The notes under the pieces were generated by a model, which saw only the letters and a list, made by a program, of their open reading frames with translations, was not told where the DNA came from and searched no databases. Shown here one piece after another: positions 27,771-37,810 of a stretch of DNA of 64,000 nucleotides (positions within the stretch are counted from its first letter, which is position 1; each line of letters opens with the position of its first letter). This stretch comes from an uncultured Bacillota bacterium (GTDB lineage: Bacteria; Sysuimicrobiota; Sysuimicrobiia; Sysuimicrobiales; Segetimicrobiaceae), in contig CAWDRG010000015.1 in NCBI GenBank assembly GCA_963804645.1, positions 1-64,000 of the forward strand, read 5' to 3'. Both the position numbers and the translations under genes were made by a program.

Positions 27771-29489
27771 TTACGCCGGCCCGAGGCGCGACGCCGCCTC
27801 GAGATGGTCGGCGATGTCGGGGAAGCAGAAGTCCTGGGCCTCCTTGCCGACCAGGTACTCGTCCTCCTCCCACGTCAGGGAGCCGCCGTCGTGCACGCGC
27901 TTCGCCAGCTCCAACAGACGCGTAAAGTCGGCGTAGTGCTCGGCGAACCTCGTCTCCGCGTAGTTGCGGGATGCCCACGTGGTGATCAGGAACTGCCAGT
28001 CGGAGGCCTGCAGCAGCAGCAGCTCGCGCCCCATCTGGGCGACGATCCGGCGCAGCAGCGGCGCACGCTGCCACGGCATGTGTGCCACGAACCCCCACAG
28101 TTCCTCCTCCGCCTGGTACACGATCTCCCAGGTCCACGCGGTGTCCTTGTTCAGCCAGACCCGATGGTCTCCTCCTTCGCCCCACGAGCCCTCGAGCAGC
28201 GTGATCGGCCCTTCCGCGGGGCGGGTCTCCACGTGCGTGCCCGCGGTCATGGCGGCGATGCCCTGCGTCCCGAGCCCGCGGAAGACGTGCTCGAGCCAGC
28301 TCGGCCCTTCGGCCCACCAGTGGCCGAACAGCTCCGTGTCAAACGGGCTGCACAGGACGCCCGCGTGCCCCGTCTCGTCCGCGTACCGCGCAAGCACGCT
28401 CCGCACGAGCTCCGTGAAGTGCGCCGCGTGGGCGCGCGTGCGCTCCTCGGCCCGTTCGGGCACGTACATCTGCTTGTCGGCGAGGTCGCTCTTCGGATGG
28501 GTCACCCGCCAGAACCGCAGGCCGCCGGGAAAGTGGCGCTTGTGAAACTCCAGATACCACTCGTCGCCCGGATAGCCCGCGTCCCGGCTCCAGACCTGCA
28601 GGGTGGTCTCGGGGTCCCGCACGAACGCGACCGCGTCCCCGGTGCCGCCGCGCGACGCGACGCGGTACGGGGCGTAGGGGCTGCGGTTTTCCCGCCGGTA
28701 GAACTGCCCCTCGGAGCCGACGACCGACCGCAGACGCGGAAAGTAGTCGCGATACGCCGACAGCGCCTGCCCGCCGCGCACGAGATGAATGTCGGTGAAG
28801 AAATATTCGAGCGCGTGGGCCGCGAGCAGCTCCTCGACGCCGCGCCGCTTGTAGCGGACCTTGCCGCTGCGCGGGCCGACCGGCGGCGTCCATTCGTACC
28901 GCGGCCGGTACGCGCACTCCGGGAGCCAGAGGCCGCGGGGCGCCCGTCCGAAGTGGCGGCGGTGCGTGGCCCCGGCGACACGGAGCTGCAGGTCGATGCT
29001 CTCGTCGCGGCTCAGCAGCGGGAAGTAGCCGTGCGTCGCCCCGGTGGAGATGAGCTCGATCGTCCCCTGGTCGGCGAGCGCGCGAAACCGGCCGAGGAGG
29101 TCTCCGTTCATCTCCTCGAACTCGCGCTCGAGCCCTTCGTAGAGGGTGCGCCAGTAATCGCACAGGGCCGCGAGATCGTCGGCGTGCGTGTCCGAGAAAT
29201 ACCGGCGCGTCTCGCTGCAGATCTGGCGCCGCTGTTCCAGGTAGCCGACGAGCTCCCCCCGGAACGCCGCGCTCGCGAGCTGTTCGGCGAGGATCGGCGA
29301 GATGTTGATCGTGACGGTGGGCCCGACTTCGTCCCGGGCGAGGCGCTCGAGCACGCGGAGCAGGGGGAGGTAGCACTCCACCGTGACCTCGGACAGCCAA
29401 TCGCTGCCGTGCGGCCAGCGTCCGTGGTTGAGCACGAACGGCAGGTGCGAGTGCAGGGCGAAGACCAAGTGACCTAAGGGCTTCTGCAT
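27771..29489 (-). CDS. GH57 1,4-alpha-glucan branching enzyme (DUF1957)
   Basis: LHSHLPFV, WLPECAY, GYPGD, PFDTELFGHWWAEG, ELLLLQASDWQF. Confidence 0.9.
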   Translation of the reverse strand: MQKPLGHLVFALHSHLPFVLNHGRWPHGSDWLSEVTVECYLPLLRVLERLARDEVGPTVTINISPILAEQLASAAFRGELVGYLEQRRQICSETRRYFSDTHADDLAALCDYWRTLYEGLEREFEEMNGDLLGRFRALADQGTIELISTGATHGYFPLLSRDESIDLQLRVAGATHRRHFGRAPRGLWLPECAYRPRYEWTPPVGPRSGKVRYKRRGVEELLAAHALEYFFTDIHLVRGGQALSAYRDYFPRLRSVVGSEGQFYRRENRSPYAPYRVASRGGTGDAVAFVRDPETTLQVWSRDAGYPGDEWYLEFHKRHFPGGLRFWRVTHPKSDLADKQMYVPERAEERTRAHAAHFTELVRSVLARYADETGHAGVLCSPFDTELFGHWWAEGPSWLEHVFRGLGTQGIAAMTAGTHVETRPAEGPITLLEGSWGEGGDHRVWLNKDTAWTWEIVYQAEEELWGFVAHMPWQRAPLLRRIVAQMGRELLLLQASDWQFLITTWASRNYAETRFAEHYADFTRLLELAKRVHDGGSLTWEEDEYLVGKEAQDFCFPDIADHLEAASRLGPA

Positions 29490-29574
29490 CTGTCCCTGCC
29501 GAGTGGGCCGGTCGGGCGAAGCGCCGACGAGAGTCGGCGCCGCCACGTACCACGGGTATTGTATCACTCGCCGC

Positions 29575-30420
29575 TTATAAAGTAACCGCCACCCTGGAGT
29601 CGATCGGGATCCCGGCCGCACTCAGCGCCGTGAGCGCGCGCTGCCGCAGTTCCGCCCCGACGGCCCATTGGCGCCCCGGCGGCACCCGCACCGACATTTG
29701 GAGGACGACGCCGGCGTCCGCCACATCGACCGCGCCGTTGACGATCGGCGGGGCGACCGCCTCGGCGCTCTCCGAGTCGGCCCACTCGGCCGCGACCGTG
29801 CGCAGCACCTCGAGTGCCTTCGCGATGTCCGCCCGGTACGGGACCGTGATACGGACCATCGCGACGCCGAAGTCGCGGCTGAGGTTGCCGATCCGTCCGA
29901 TCTGCCCGTTCGGGATCGTCAGGAGCTCCCCGTTCGCCTTGCGGATTTGGAGGATCCGCAGCCCGATGCGCTCGACGGTCCCGGTGTCCGCGTCGACGCG
30001 CACGATGTCGCCGATCTGCACGATGCCCTCCGACAGCAGGGAGAAGCCCGCGAGGACGTCGCGGACGAGATACTGCGCACCGAAGCCGAGCGCCACGCCG
30101 ACGACGCCCGCGCTGGCCAGGAGGGCCGTCACGTCGATGTGGAGGGTGCCGAGCGCGAGGACCACCGCGAAGAAGATGATGACGAACCGGATGAGGCCAG
30201 CGACCACCGGCGCGAACGTCCGATGCTGGACGCTCGCCTCGTCCCGTCCGAGCGCGCGGTGTACCAGGATGTGGGTGAGCCGCACGGCGAGCCACGTACA
30301 CACCGCGATCACGGCCAGCCACATCACCGCCTCGATCGCGGCGGCGATGTCTTGGGGCGACAGCAGGGCCCGCTGGAGCTGCTGGCCGATCTGCGCGAGG
30401 TAGCTCATGTCAGCGTCCAT
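29575..30420 (-). CDS. Small-conductance mechanosensitive channel (MscS family)
   Basis: ALLASAGVVGVALGFGAQ, IGD.V, GTVE.IGLR, IPNG. Confidence 0.9.
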   Translation of the reverse strand: MDADMSYLAQIGQQLQRALLSPQDIAAAIEAVMWLAVIAVCTWLAVRLTHILVHRALGRDEASVQHRTFAPVVAGLIRFVIIFFAVVLALGTLHIDVTALLASAGVVGVALGFGAQYLVRDVLAGFSLLSEGIVQIGDIVRVDADTGTVERIGLRILQIRKANGELLTIPNGQIGRIGNLSRDFGVAMVRITVPYRADIAKALEVLRTVAAEWADSESAEAVAPPIVNGAVDVADAGVVLQMSVRVPPGRQWAVGAELRQRALTALSAAGIPIDSRVAVTL

Positions 30421-30429
30421 CGGCCGGAC

Positions 30430-31503
30430 TCACCGCCCCCGGGACGGCGTCTCCTTGCCCGCGGCGCTCGCGCCGGTGCCCGACGGGATCCGTCCCCGGC
30501 GGTACGCCGGGATCGTCGCGATCGGCGGCCGCTCGCGCTCCGCAAGCTCGCGCACCTCGAGCGACGGTCCGCGGTCGAGGTGGATGAGCTTCATCGCCAG
30601 GTTCATCTGGTCGGCGAGCGGGACGCCCAGGCGCGGCCCGAGGCGCGTCATCGCGACCTGGACGATCTCGAACGCCATGAGCGACAGCGAGGTCAGCTCC
30701 CGGTTCCGGTGGATCCGTTCCTCGAGGTTCACCTGGGCGATCGTGTCCAGCCCGTACCGCTCGAGCACGTCGATCAGCAGCCCGATCTCGACGCCGTAGC
30801 CGGTAAAGAACGGGAGCTGTTCGAGGAGCGCGCGCCGCCCCGCGTACTCGCCGGCCAGCGGCTGGATCACGCCGGACAGCTCCGGGTACAGCAGGTTCAG
30901 CAGCGGCCGCGCGGTCAGCTCGGTGACGCGCCCGCCGCCGGTCCCGTACAGACGCGGCCCCACCTGGATCGGCCGGTCGTAGTAGCCTTTGACGTACCCG
31001 ATGCGCGGCTCCCGCAGGAGCGGACCGAGGAGGCCGTAGATGAACTTGGGATGGATGTTCCGGATGTCGCTGTCCGCCCACACGATCAGGTCGCCGCGCA
31101 GCACGTGGAGGCTCTTCCAGAGGGCCTCGCCCTTGCCGTCGAAGCTGCCCGCCTCGGGGAGGATCTCGGCGTGGAGGTAGGTCGGGATGCCGAGCCGGCG
31201 CGCGAGCTCCACGGTCCCGTCGATCGAGCCGCTGTCGACGACGACGATCTCGTCGAGGAGCGGTACCGCGTCCATGAGCGCGCGCCGCAGCACCGTGATC
31301 TCCTGGCCGATCGTCCCCGCCTCGTCGAGCGTGGGCAGGCACAGGCTGATGGAGAGGCCCTGCCGCCGCTTGAGCGCGGCGAGCGCGCGCAGATCGCTGA
31401 ATTCCGCGGCCTGGAACGTGTGCGTGCCGAACCACCGGTCCACGAGTTCCGAGGTCCACCCGGGGCAGGGCGCCGCGCGGCGGCGCGGGCTCGGTACCTT
31501 CAT
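30430..31503 (-). CDS. gpgS: Glucosyl-3-phosphoglycerate synthase (GT81-like)
   Basis: VDSGS.D.T, GKGEALW, DSD, GGRVTELTARP, IQPLAGEYAGRR, GYGVE, HRNR. Confidence 0.87.
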   Translation of the reverse strand: MKVPSPRRRAAPCPGWTSELVDRWFGTHTFQAAEFSDLRALAALKRRQGLSISLCLPTLDEAGTIGQEITVLRRALMDAVPLLDEIVVVDSGSIDGTVELARRLGIPTYLHAEILPEAGSFDGKGEALWKSLHVLRGDLIVWADSDIRNIHPKFIYGLLGPLLREPRIGYVKGYYDRPIQVGPRLYGTGGGRVTELTARPLLNLLYPELSGVIQPLAGEYAGRRALLEQLPFFTGYGVEIGLLIDVLERYGLDTIAQVNLEERIHRNRELTSLSLMAFEIVQVAMTRLGPRLGVPLADQMNLAMKLIHLDRGPSLEVRELAERERPPIATIPAYRRGRIPSGTGASAAGKETPSRGR

Positions 31504-32777
31504 CGGCGCGGCGCCGGCACGCGCTGGAGCAGGAGGGGCAGGATCCGATCGCGCATCACGACGTCCCAGCGGTACGTCCCGAGGATGCGGCGGCGCAGGC
31601 GGTACGCCCGGTCGTCCATCAGGGCGTGCACGATCTGCCGGGCGCAGATGGCCGGCGTGTCGTCGATGCCGAACATTTGGATCGCGTCGCCTCCGATCTC
31701 GCGGAACGGTCCGAGGCTCGTCGCGAACACCGGGGTGCGGAACACCGCGGCCTCGAGCAGCGGCAGTCCGAACCCTTCCTCAAGGCTCGGCATCAGCAGC
31801 GCGTCCGAGAGCGCGTAGAGATCCGCCATCACCCGGTCCGACGGGACGAATCCGTGTCCGTCCGGGCCGGGGAGGTCCCGGCAGAACACGACCTGCTCGT
31901 CCACCCCCAGCGCATGGCGCAACGCCCGCAGTTCCGCGAGATATTCCACGTTGCGGGGGTTGTGCGGCCCCGGCGGGCCGGTGATGAGGAGCCGGACCGC
32001 GAGCTCCCGGCGCGTGAGCTCCGCGACGACGCGCAGGGCGTACTCGATCCGCTTGCGCCGCGTGATCCGCGCCGGCAGCAGGAGCACGATCTGCTGATCG
32101 AACAGGCGGAGCGTATCGGCCAGCCACCGCGCGGCCGGGGTCAGGTGCAGCACCGCGGCGGGGTCCACGGCGTTCGGAATCACCTCGATCTGCGCGAGCG
32201 GCAGCGCGAGCGCCTGCGCGATCTGCCGCTGGCGTTCGCGCGAGACCGCGACGTACGTCGCCCCCCCAATCGGCGTCGTGAGCAGCGTCCACGGCCGGCC
32301 GCGGTGGAGGGCGGGACGATACTGCGGGTTGGTCCAGGCGAGATCGTGGCACCACGCGACGATGCGGAGCGCCGGCGTCGAGGCGGCGAGGCGGTGCAGC
32401 GCCGCGGTCAGCGCCAGATTCTTGTGCAGCGTCAGGACGTTGTGGGCGAGACAGATGTCCACGCCTTTGAGCGCGCGTCCGAGCGCGTCCTCCAGCTGGG
32501 AACTGAGCACGTCGAACGCCGGCCCGGCACGTCCGTCCTCCAGCTGCTGCGTGACGGCCATGACCCGGCGGTGTCGGGAGTCGGCGAGCGGCACGCGCTG
32601 GAGCCGCACCCCGCCGCCCACCGCCTGGGCGCGCCCGGCGACGAGACGCACCTCGAACCCTTCCGCGGCGAGCAGGCGCGCCTGCCGCGCCACGATCTGT
32701 TCGACCCCACCGGGCACCGGCGGGGCCGTATAGTGCAGGAGCGCGACCGTGGGCAGCGCGCGTCGCGACACAGCCAT
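31500..32777 (-). CDS. GT4 glycosyltransferase (possibly glucosylglycerate-modifying)
   Basis: HYTAPPVPGGVE, HDLAW, PARITRRKRIE, PSLEEGFGLPLLEA. Confidence 0.85.
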   Translation of the reverse strand: MAVSRRALPTVALLHYTAPPVPGGVEQIVARQARLLAAEGFEVRLVAGRAQAVGGGVRLQRVPLADSRHRRVMAVTQQLEDGRAGPAFDVLSSQLEDALGRALKGVDICLAHNVLTLHKNLALTAALHRLAASTPALRIVAWCHDLAWTNPQYRPALHRGRPWTLLTTPIGGATYVAVSRERQRQIAQALALPLAQIEVIPNAVDPAAVLHLTPAARWLADTLRLFDQQIVLLLPARITRRKRIEYALRVVAELTRRELAVRLLITGPPGPHNPRNVEYLAELRALRHALGVDEQVVFCRDLPGPDGHGFVPSDRVMADLYALSDALLMPSLEEGFGLPLLEAAVFRTPVFATSLGPFREIGGDAIQMFGIDDTPAICARQIVHALMDDRAYRLRRRILGTYRWDVVMRDRILPLLLQRVPAPRR

Positions 32778-33163
32778 CAGCGGCGGGGCGCGGGAGGCGT
32801 CGCGCGCGCGGCGCCGTCGCGCCGCCGCCGGTCGAGCCGCCAGTTGGTCAGGCGGCGCACATATCGGGCGAGCGCTTCGGCGTCATCCGGCGGCAGCGTC
32901 CCGATGCGCCAGTTGATCTCGCGGACGATCTCCCCGGAGGTCATGTCGGGCAGGACGACGCGGTTGCGGGATCGCGCCGGGGGCGGGGCGTCGGTGCGCG
33001 TCAGGCGCAGCCGCTCCATCATCTCAAGCACGTGGAGCTTGCTCTGCCGCGGCAGCACGTAGGCCGTGACCTTGATGAACTCGCGGTCGCGCAGGAGCGC
33101 CCGGACGTTGACGGCCTCGGGTTCCTGGTGCGATTTGGGTCGCGGTCCCGGTGCAGGTGCCAC
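32777..33163 (-). CDS. Hypothetical protein, first gene of the GT4-gpgS operon
   Basis: Stop overlaps the GT4 start; host-like codon usage; start uncertain. Confidence 0.6.
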   Translation of the reverse strand: MAPAPGPRPKSHQEPEAVNVRALLRDREFIKVTAYVLPRQSKLHVLEMMERLRLTRTDAPPPARSRNRVVLPDMTSGEIVREINWRIGTLPPDDAEALARYVRRLTNWRLDRRRRDGAARATPPAPRR

Positions 33164-33285
33164 GCGCGCGCTCCTCCCCGGCTGCGCTGGTCGCGCGCCG
33201 CGGCGATCGGGGTGTGGGAGGGGGTTCGGGTTCGCCCGGGACTCTCCCTGCGGCGTGCGGGATCATGGCGGCGCCCGGCGAATAG

Positions 33286-34350
33286 GTGGGCATGCCGTTC
33301 CTTGACGATTCCTCTCTGCGCACGTCGCGTGACCCGTCGGACATGCTCGGGACCGTGCTGGCGATGCCCGCCCAGCTGCGTGAAGCGTGGCAGCGGAGCG
33401 CCGCGGCGCCGCCCCCCGCGCCGGCGGCGGCGCCGGATCACGTCGTCGCCGTCGGGATGGGTGGCTCCGCCATCGCGGCGGATCTCCTGGCCGCGTCGCT
33501 GCGGGGCCGCCTCGGGCTCCCGTTCGCGGTGGTGCGCGACGGACAGCTGCCCGCCTACGTCGGTCGGCGATCGCTCGTGATCGCCACGAGCTATTCGGGG
33601 GAGACGGGGGAGACGCTCGCGGCCGCGGACGCCGCCCTCCACGCCGGAGCACGTCTCGTGGCCATCACCTCGGGCGGGCGCCTCGCGGCGCTCGCCGCGC
33701 GGCACGGCACCGTCCTTACCGTGCGGGGCGGCCTGCAGCCGCGCGCCGCGCTCGCGTATCTGCTCGCGCCGATGCTCGCGGCGCTCGCCGCATGGGGCAT
33801 GGTGCCGCCGGCCGAGCCCGAGGTCGTCGAGGCCGCCGACGTGCTCGACGCGGTCGTCCGGGACGCGGCTCCGGAAGTCCCAACGGGCGCCAACCCCGCG
33901 AAGGATCTGGCCGAACGGTGGGTCGACCGGATTCCCGCGGTCTACGCGGGGTCGCCGGACGTGGCCCCCGCGGCGCGCCGCTGGAAAACACAGCTGAACG
34001 AGAACGCGAAGACGCTCGCGCTGTGGGATACGTTTCCCGAGCTGACCCATAACGAGGTCGTGGGGTGGGGCCTTCCCGAGGATCTGGCCGGCCGCCTGGC
34101 CGCCGTCGTCCTGCTCGGGGGAGGCGAGGGACCGGCGGATCTCCGCCGCATCCGCGTCACCCAGGAGACGGCCCTCCGACGGGCGGGGAACGTGAGTGAG
34201 GTCCGGGCCCGCGGCGACGGGGCGCTCGCCAGGGTGCTGTCGCTCGTGCTCCTCGGCGACCTCGCGAGCGTGTACCTCGCGTACCGCCGCGGCATCGATC
34301 CGACTCCGGTCGCGGCGATCGACGCGGTGAAGCGCGGGGTGCTGCCTTGA
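33286..34350 (+). CDS. Bifunctional phosphoglucose/phosphomannose isomerase
   Basis: GMGGSAI, SYSGETGET, QPRAA, RWKTQLNENAK, PELTHNE, GIDPTPV. Confidence 0.9.
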   Translation: MGMPFLDDSSLRTSRDPSDMLGTVLAMPAQLREAWQRSAAAPPPAPAAAPDHVVAVGMGGSAIAADLLAASLRGRLGLPFAVVRDGQLPAYVGRRSLVIATSYSGETGETLAAADAALHAGARLVAITSGGRLAALAARHGTVLTVRGGLQPRAALAYLLAPMLAALAAWGMVPPAEPEVVEAADVLDAVVRDAAPEVPTGANPAKDLAERWVDRIPAVYAGSPDVAPAARRWKTQLNENAKTLALWDTFPELTHNEVVGWGLPEDLAGRLAAVVLLGGGEGPADLRRIRVTQETALRRAGNVSEVRARGDGALARVLSLVLLGDLASVYLAYRRGIDPTPVAAIDAVKRGVLP

Positions 34351-34417
34351 GCGCGTCACGCGGGATCCCGGCGTGTCCGGCGCGCGAGACACTTCAGGCC
34401 TCGGGAGGAGGGGACGT

Positions 34418-34849
34418 ATGCACAAGTGGCGCGCATGGATGTCGGCGGTCGCCCTGAGCACCGCGCTGGTGTCCGCGATCTCGGTGGAGCAGGCGTTCGG
34501 GCTCGATGTCTCGGGAGTCACGGTGGGGACGCGGCCCACGCTGATCAGCGGCGGCGGCATCTATCCCGTCCCGGGATCCGTGAAGACCCCCGCGGTCTTC
34601 AAGCTCCGAATCCGGGTCATCACCAAGGGAAGAAGCCTGCTGTTGTGTCTCGGCACCCAAAGCGACTTCAGCGCCGGCACGTGCCCGCAGCCGATCGAGA
34701 ACTCGAGCCGCGACGCGTCCGGGCAATTCAGAGACGGGCTGGGCGTGGTCGACACGGCCGAACTCCTCGGAAAGCTGCTCTACGTCAAGAACATCACGTC
34801 CGGTGTGCGGCCGAACGATGTCGCGAGTTTCACGCTGGCCGTCGAGTGA
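34418..34849 (+). CDS. Hypothetical secreted protein
   Basis: GGAGGAGG RBS; signal peptide ending AFG; two Cys. Confidence 0.7.
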   Translation: MHKWRAWMSAVALSTALVSAISVEQAFGLDVSGVTVGTRPTLISGGGIYPVPGSVKTPAVFKLRIRVITKGRSLLLCLGTQSDFSAGTCPQPIENSSRDASGQFRDGLGVVDTAELLGKLLYVKNITSGVRPNDVASFTLAVE

Positions 34850-35009
34850 CCGCCCGCGTTGCGAGCACCGCTGTCTGCGGCACCGCGGCGGGGCCCAGGC
34901 CGACAAGGGGAGTGCCCCCGGCGCGTCGTAGAACCGGGGAAGCACGGCGGAAACTCACATTGCGCGGCGGTGCCGCGCTGAGACTGGTCCGCCGTCTGGG
35001 AGGCGTGCA

Positions 35010-36110
35010 ATGGCGAAGGTGATGCTCGAGGAGATCGTCAAGCAGTTCGGCAACGTCGTCGCGGTGAACCACGTCTCGCTCGAGATTCCCGACAAGCAGT
35101 TTACGGTGCTGGTGGGCCCGTCGGGGTGCGGCAAGACGACGTGCCTGCGGCTGATCGCGGGCCTGGAGGAAGCGACGTCGGGCAACATCTACATCGGCGA
35201 TCGGATCGTCAACGACGTGGCGCCCAAGGACCGCGACATCGCGATGGTGTTCCAGAACTACGCGCTGTATCCGCACATGACCGTGTACGACAACATGGCG
35301 TTCGGCCTGCGTCTCCGCAAGTACTCGCGGCCCGAGATCGACCGGCGGGTGAAAGAGGCGGGGGAGATGCTCGGGATCCAGTCGCTGCTCAACCGGAAGC
35401 CGAAGCAGCTCTCGGGCGGGCAGCGGCAGCGGGTCGCGCTCGGCCGCGCGATCGTTCGGGAGCCGCAGGTGTTCCTGATGGACGAGCCGCTCAGCAACCT
35501 CGACGCGAAGCTGCGCGTCCAGACCCGCGCCGAGATCAAGAAGCTGCATGCGCGCCTCCAAACCACCACGGTGTACGTCACCCACGACCAGGTCGAGGCG
35601 ATGACGATGGGCGACAGCATCGTGGTGATGAAGGACGGGCTGGTGCAGCAGGTGGACAACCCGCTGAACCTGTACGATCGGCCCGCCAACCTGTTCGTGG
35701 CCGGGTTCATCGGGTCGCCGGCGATGAACTTCCTCGAGGCCAGGCTGGTGCAGCAGGACGGCACGCTCATCGTGGACGCCGACGTGTTCCGCACCGAGGT
35801 CCCCGCCGCCGCGGCTCCGAAGCTCGCGGGGCTGGTCGGCAAGCCGGTTATCTTCGGCATCCGTCCGGAGGACATCCACGACAGCGCGTTCCACCAGTCC
35901 ATCGTGAACGGCTCGGTCTTCAAGGCGACCGTCGACGTGCACGAGCCGCTCGGGTCAGACATCATCCTGTACCTGACCGCTGGGAAGCACAGCCTCGTCG
36001 CCCGGGTCGATGCGCGCAGCCAGGCCAGAATGGGGCAGACGACCGAGGTGATGATGGACACGGCGAAGATGCACCTGTTCAACGCCGAGACGCACGAGGC
36101 CGTGCTGTAG
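35010..36110 (+). CDS. Sugar ABC ATP-binding protein (MsmX/MalK/UgpC family)
   Basis: GPSGCGKTT, MVFQNYALYPHM, LSGGQRQR, DEPLSNLD, GFIGSPAMN. Confidence 0.95.
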   Translation: MAKVMLEEIVKQFGNVVAVNHVSLEIPDKQFTVLVGPSGCGKTTCLRLIAGLEEATSGNIYIGDRIVNDVAPKDRDIAMVFQNYALYPHMTVYDNMAFGLRLRKYSRPEIDRRVKEAGEMLGIQSLLNRKPKQLSGGQRQRVALGRAIVREPQVFLMDEPLSNLDAKLRVQTRAEIKKLHARLQTTTVYVTHDQVEAMTMGDSIVVMKDGLVQQVDNPLNLYDRPANLFVAGFIGSPAMNFLEARLVQQDGTLIVDADVFRTEVPAAAAPKLAGLVGKPVIFGIRPEDIHDSAFHQSIVNGSVFKATVDVHEPLGSDIILYLTAGKHSLVARVDARSQARMGQTTEVMMDTAKMHLFNAETHEAVL

Positions 36111-36292
36111 CGCGCCCGCGGGGCCAAGTGTTCGTCGAGCCTTAACATGGTGCTCATGGACGCCGGGGCCGCGCCCGTGCATGATGAGGCCGCGGCCGGG
36201 GCGGTCACCCGGTCGGGGGGGAGGCGTACCCGCATGAATGTCGTACCGGCCACCGCAGCGCGCGGGCGTCGCCGCGTGGGAGGCTGCCCGTC

Positions 36293-37801
36293 GTGACGGC
36301 ACGGCTTCTGGCGGTGCTGCTCATCGTGTCCTCCCTGGCGCTGGCCGCGCCGCTGCACGCGGCGGGGCGCGGCGGCATGCTGGTGTTCGCCCTCTCGGGG
36401 GGACCCGATACACTCGACCCGCAGCGCACGTCCGCCACCCTCTCGTTTCAGGTGATGAAAAGCCTGTACGACACGCTCGTCGAGCCGGACGCCCATGGGG
36501 TGCTTGTGCCGGGTCTCGCCGCCTCGTGGACGATGTCGCCCGACGGGATCCAGTGGACGTTCCGGCTGAAGCCGAACGTCCGGTTCCACAACGGCAAGGT
36601 GCTCGACGCCGGGGACGTCGCCGCGACGTTCAACCGGATTCTTGACCCCAAGACCGCCTCGCCGAAGCGCGGAGACTTTGCCGCGATCGACCGGGTGGAG
36701 GTGGTCGACCCCCTGACCGTGCGGTTCGTGCTGCGTCAGGCGTTCGCGCCGTTCCTGGCCGCGCTCGGGCAGGGGTGGGGCGCGATCCTGCCGGCGAACG
36801 CGATCGCGTCCGGCAACGACTTCGGGAGCCACCCGATCGGGACCGGTCCGTTTCAGCTGGTCAGCTGGACGCGCGACAGCGCGCTGCAGCTGGGCCGCTT
36901 CAACGACTACTTCATCCGGGGCGAGCCCGCGCTCGACGGCGTGACCTTCCAGTTCGTGACCGAGGATGCGGTGAAGACCGCGGGCCTCCTCGGCGGCCAG
37001 TTCGACGTGGTGGACGCCGTCGATCCGCTTGAAGTCCCGCAGCTCGCGCACGATTCCCGCGTCACAATCGTCCCGCGGCAGAACGCGACCGTGAACGTCG
37101 TCGCGATCAACAACGCCCGGAAGCCCTGGACCGACGTGCGCGCCCGGCAGGCCCTCTGGTACGCGATCGACCGGAAAACGGTGCTGCGGACGGCCTACGG
37201 GCCGGGGTCGACCCCCGTCGCCGAGTTCATGGATGTCCTGAGCCCGTTCTACGTCGATCTCGGCGATCCGTACCCGTACAACCCGGCGAAGGCTCGGCAG
37301 CTGCTGGCCGAGGCGGGCGTCGCGCCGGATCTGTCAATCGATCTCGTGCTGCCCCAGCCATACGCGGCGCACATCAAGGCCGGAGAGCTCGTGCAGGCGA
37401 TGCTCCAGCAGGCCGGGATCCAGGCCAAGATTCGCGTCGTCGAGTTCGGGTACTGGCTCTCGCGGGTCTACACGGGGCCGCACGACTTCGACCTGACGAT
37501 CATCGGCCACACGGGCAAGCTCGATCCCGACGGCCGGCTGGCCGGCTACGGCGACCCGACGCAGAACTACGTGCAGTACAACAACCCGCAGGTGGTCGCC
37601 CTGCTCGACGCGGGGCGGTTCACCCTCCGCGAGGACCTTCGGAAGCGCACGTACGCGGAGGCGCTCCGGCAGATGACCCAGGACGCGATGATGGTGTTCT
37701 TGGGCGAGCCGGAAGACCGGATCATCACGCGGACGGGCGTCCGCAACGTCAAGGAGATGTACGCGATCGATACGTACGATCTTCGCACCGCGACCAAGTA
37801 A
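36293..37801 (+). CDS. Peptide/nickel ABC substrate-binding protein
   Basis: Signal peptide; TLDP, LAASW..SPDG..WTF.L, PIGTGPF. Confidence 0.92.
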   Translation: MTARLLAVLLIVSSLALAAPLHAAGRGGMLVFALSGGPDTLDPQRTSATLSFQVMKSLYDTLVEPDAHGVLVPGLAASWTMSPDGIQWTFRLKPNVRFHNGKVLDAGDVAATFNRILDPKTASPKRGDFAAIDRVEVVDPLTVRFVLRQAFAPFLAALGQGWGAILPANAIASGNDFGSHPIGTGPFQLVSWTRDSALQLGRFNDYFIRGEPALDGVTFQFVTEDAVKTAGLLGGQFDVVDAVDPLEVPQLAHDSRVTIVPRQNATVNVVAINNARKPWTDVRARQALWYAIDRKTVLRTAYGPGSTPVAEFMDVLSPFYVDLGDPYPYNPAKARQLLAEAGVAPDLSIDLVLPQPYAAHIKAGELVQAMLQQAGIQAKIRVVEFGYWLSRVYTGPHDFDLTIIGHTGKLDPDGRLAGYGDPTQNYVQYNNPQVVALLDAGRFTLREDLRKRTYAEALRQMTQDAMMVFLGEPEDRIITRTGVRNVKEMYAIDTYDLRTATK

Positions 37802-37810
37802 CCCCGCGCG

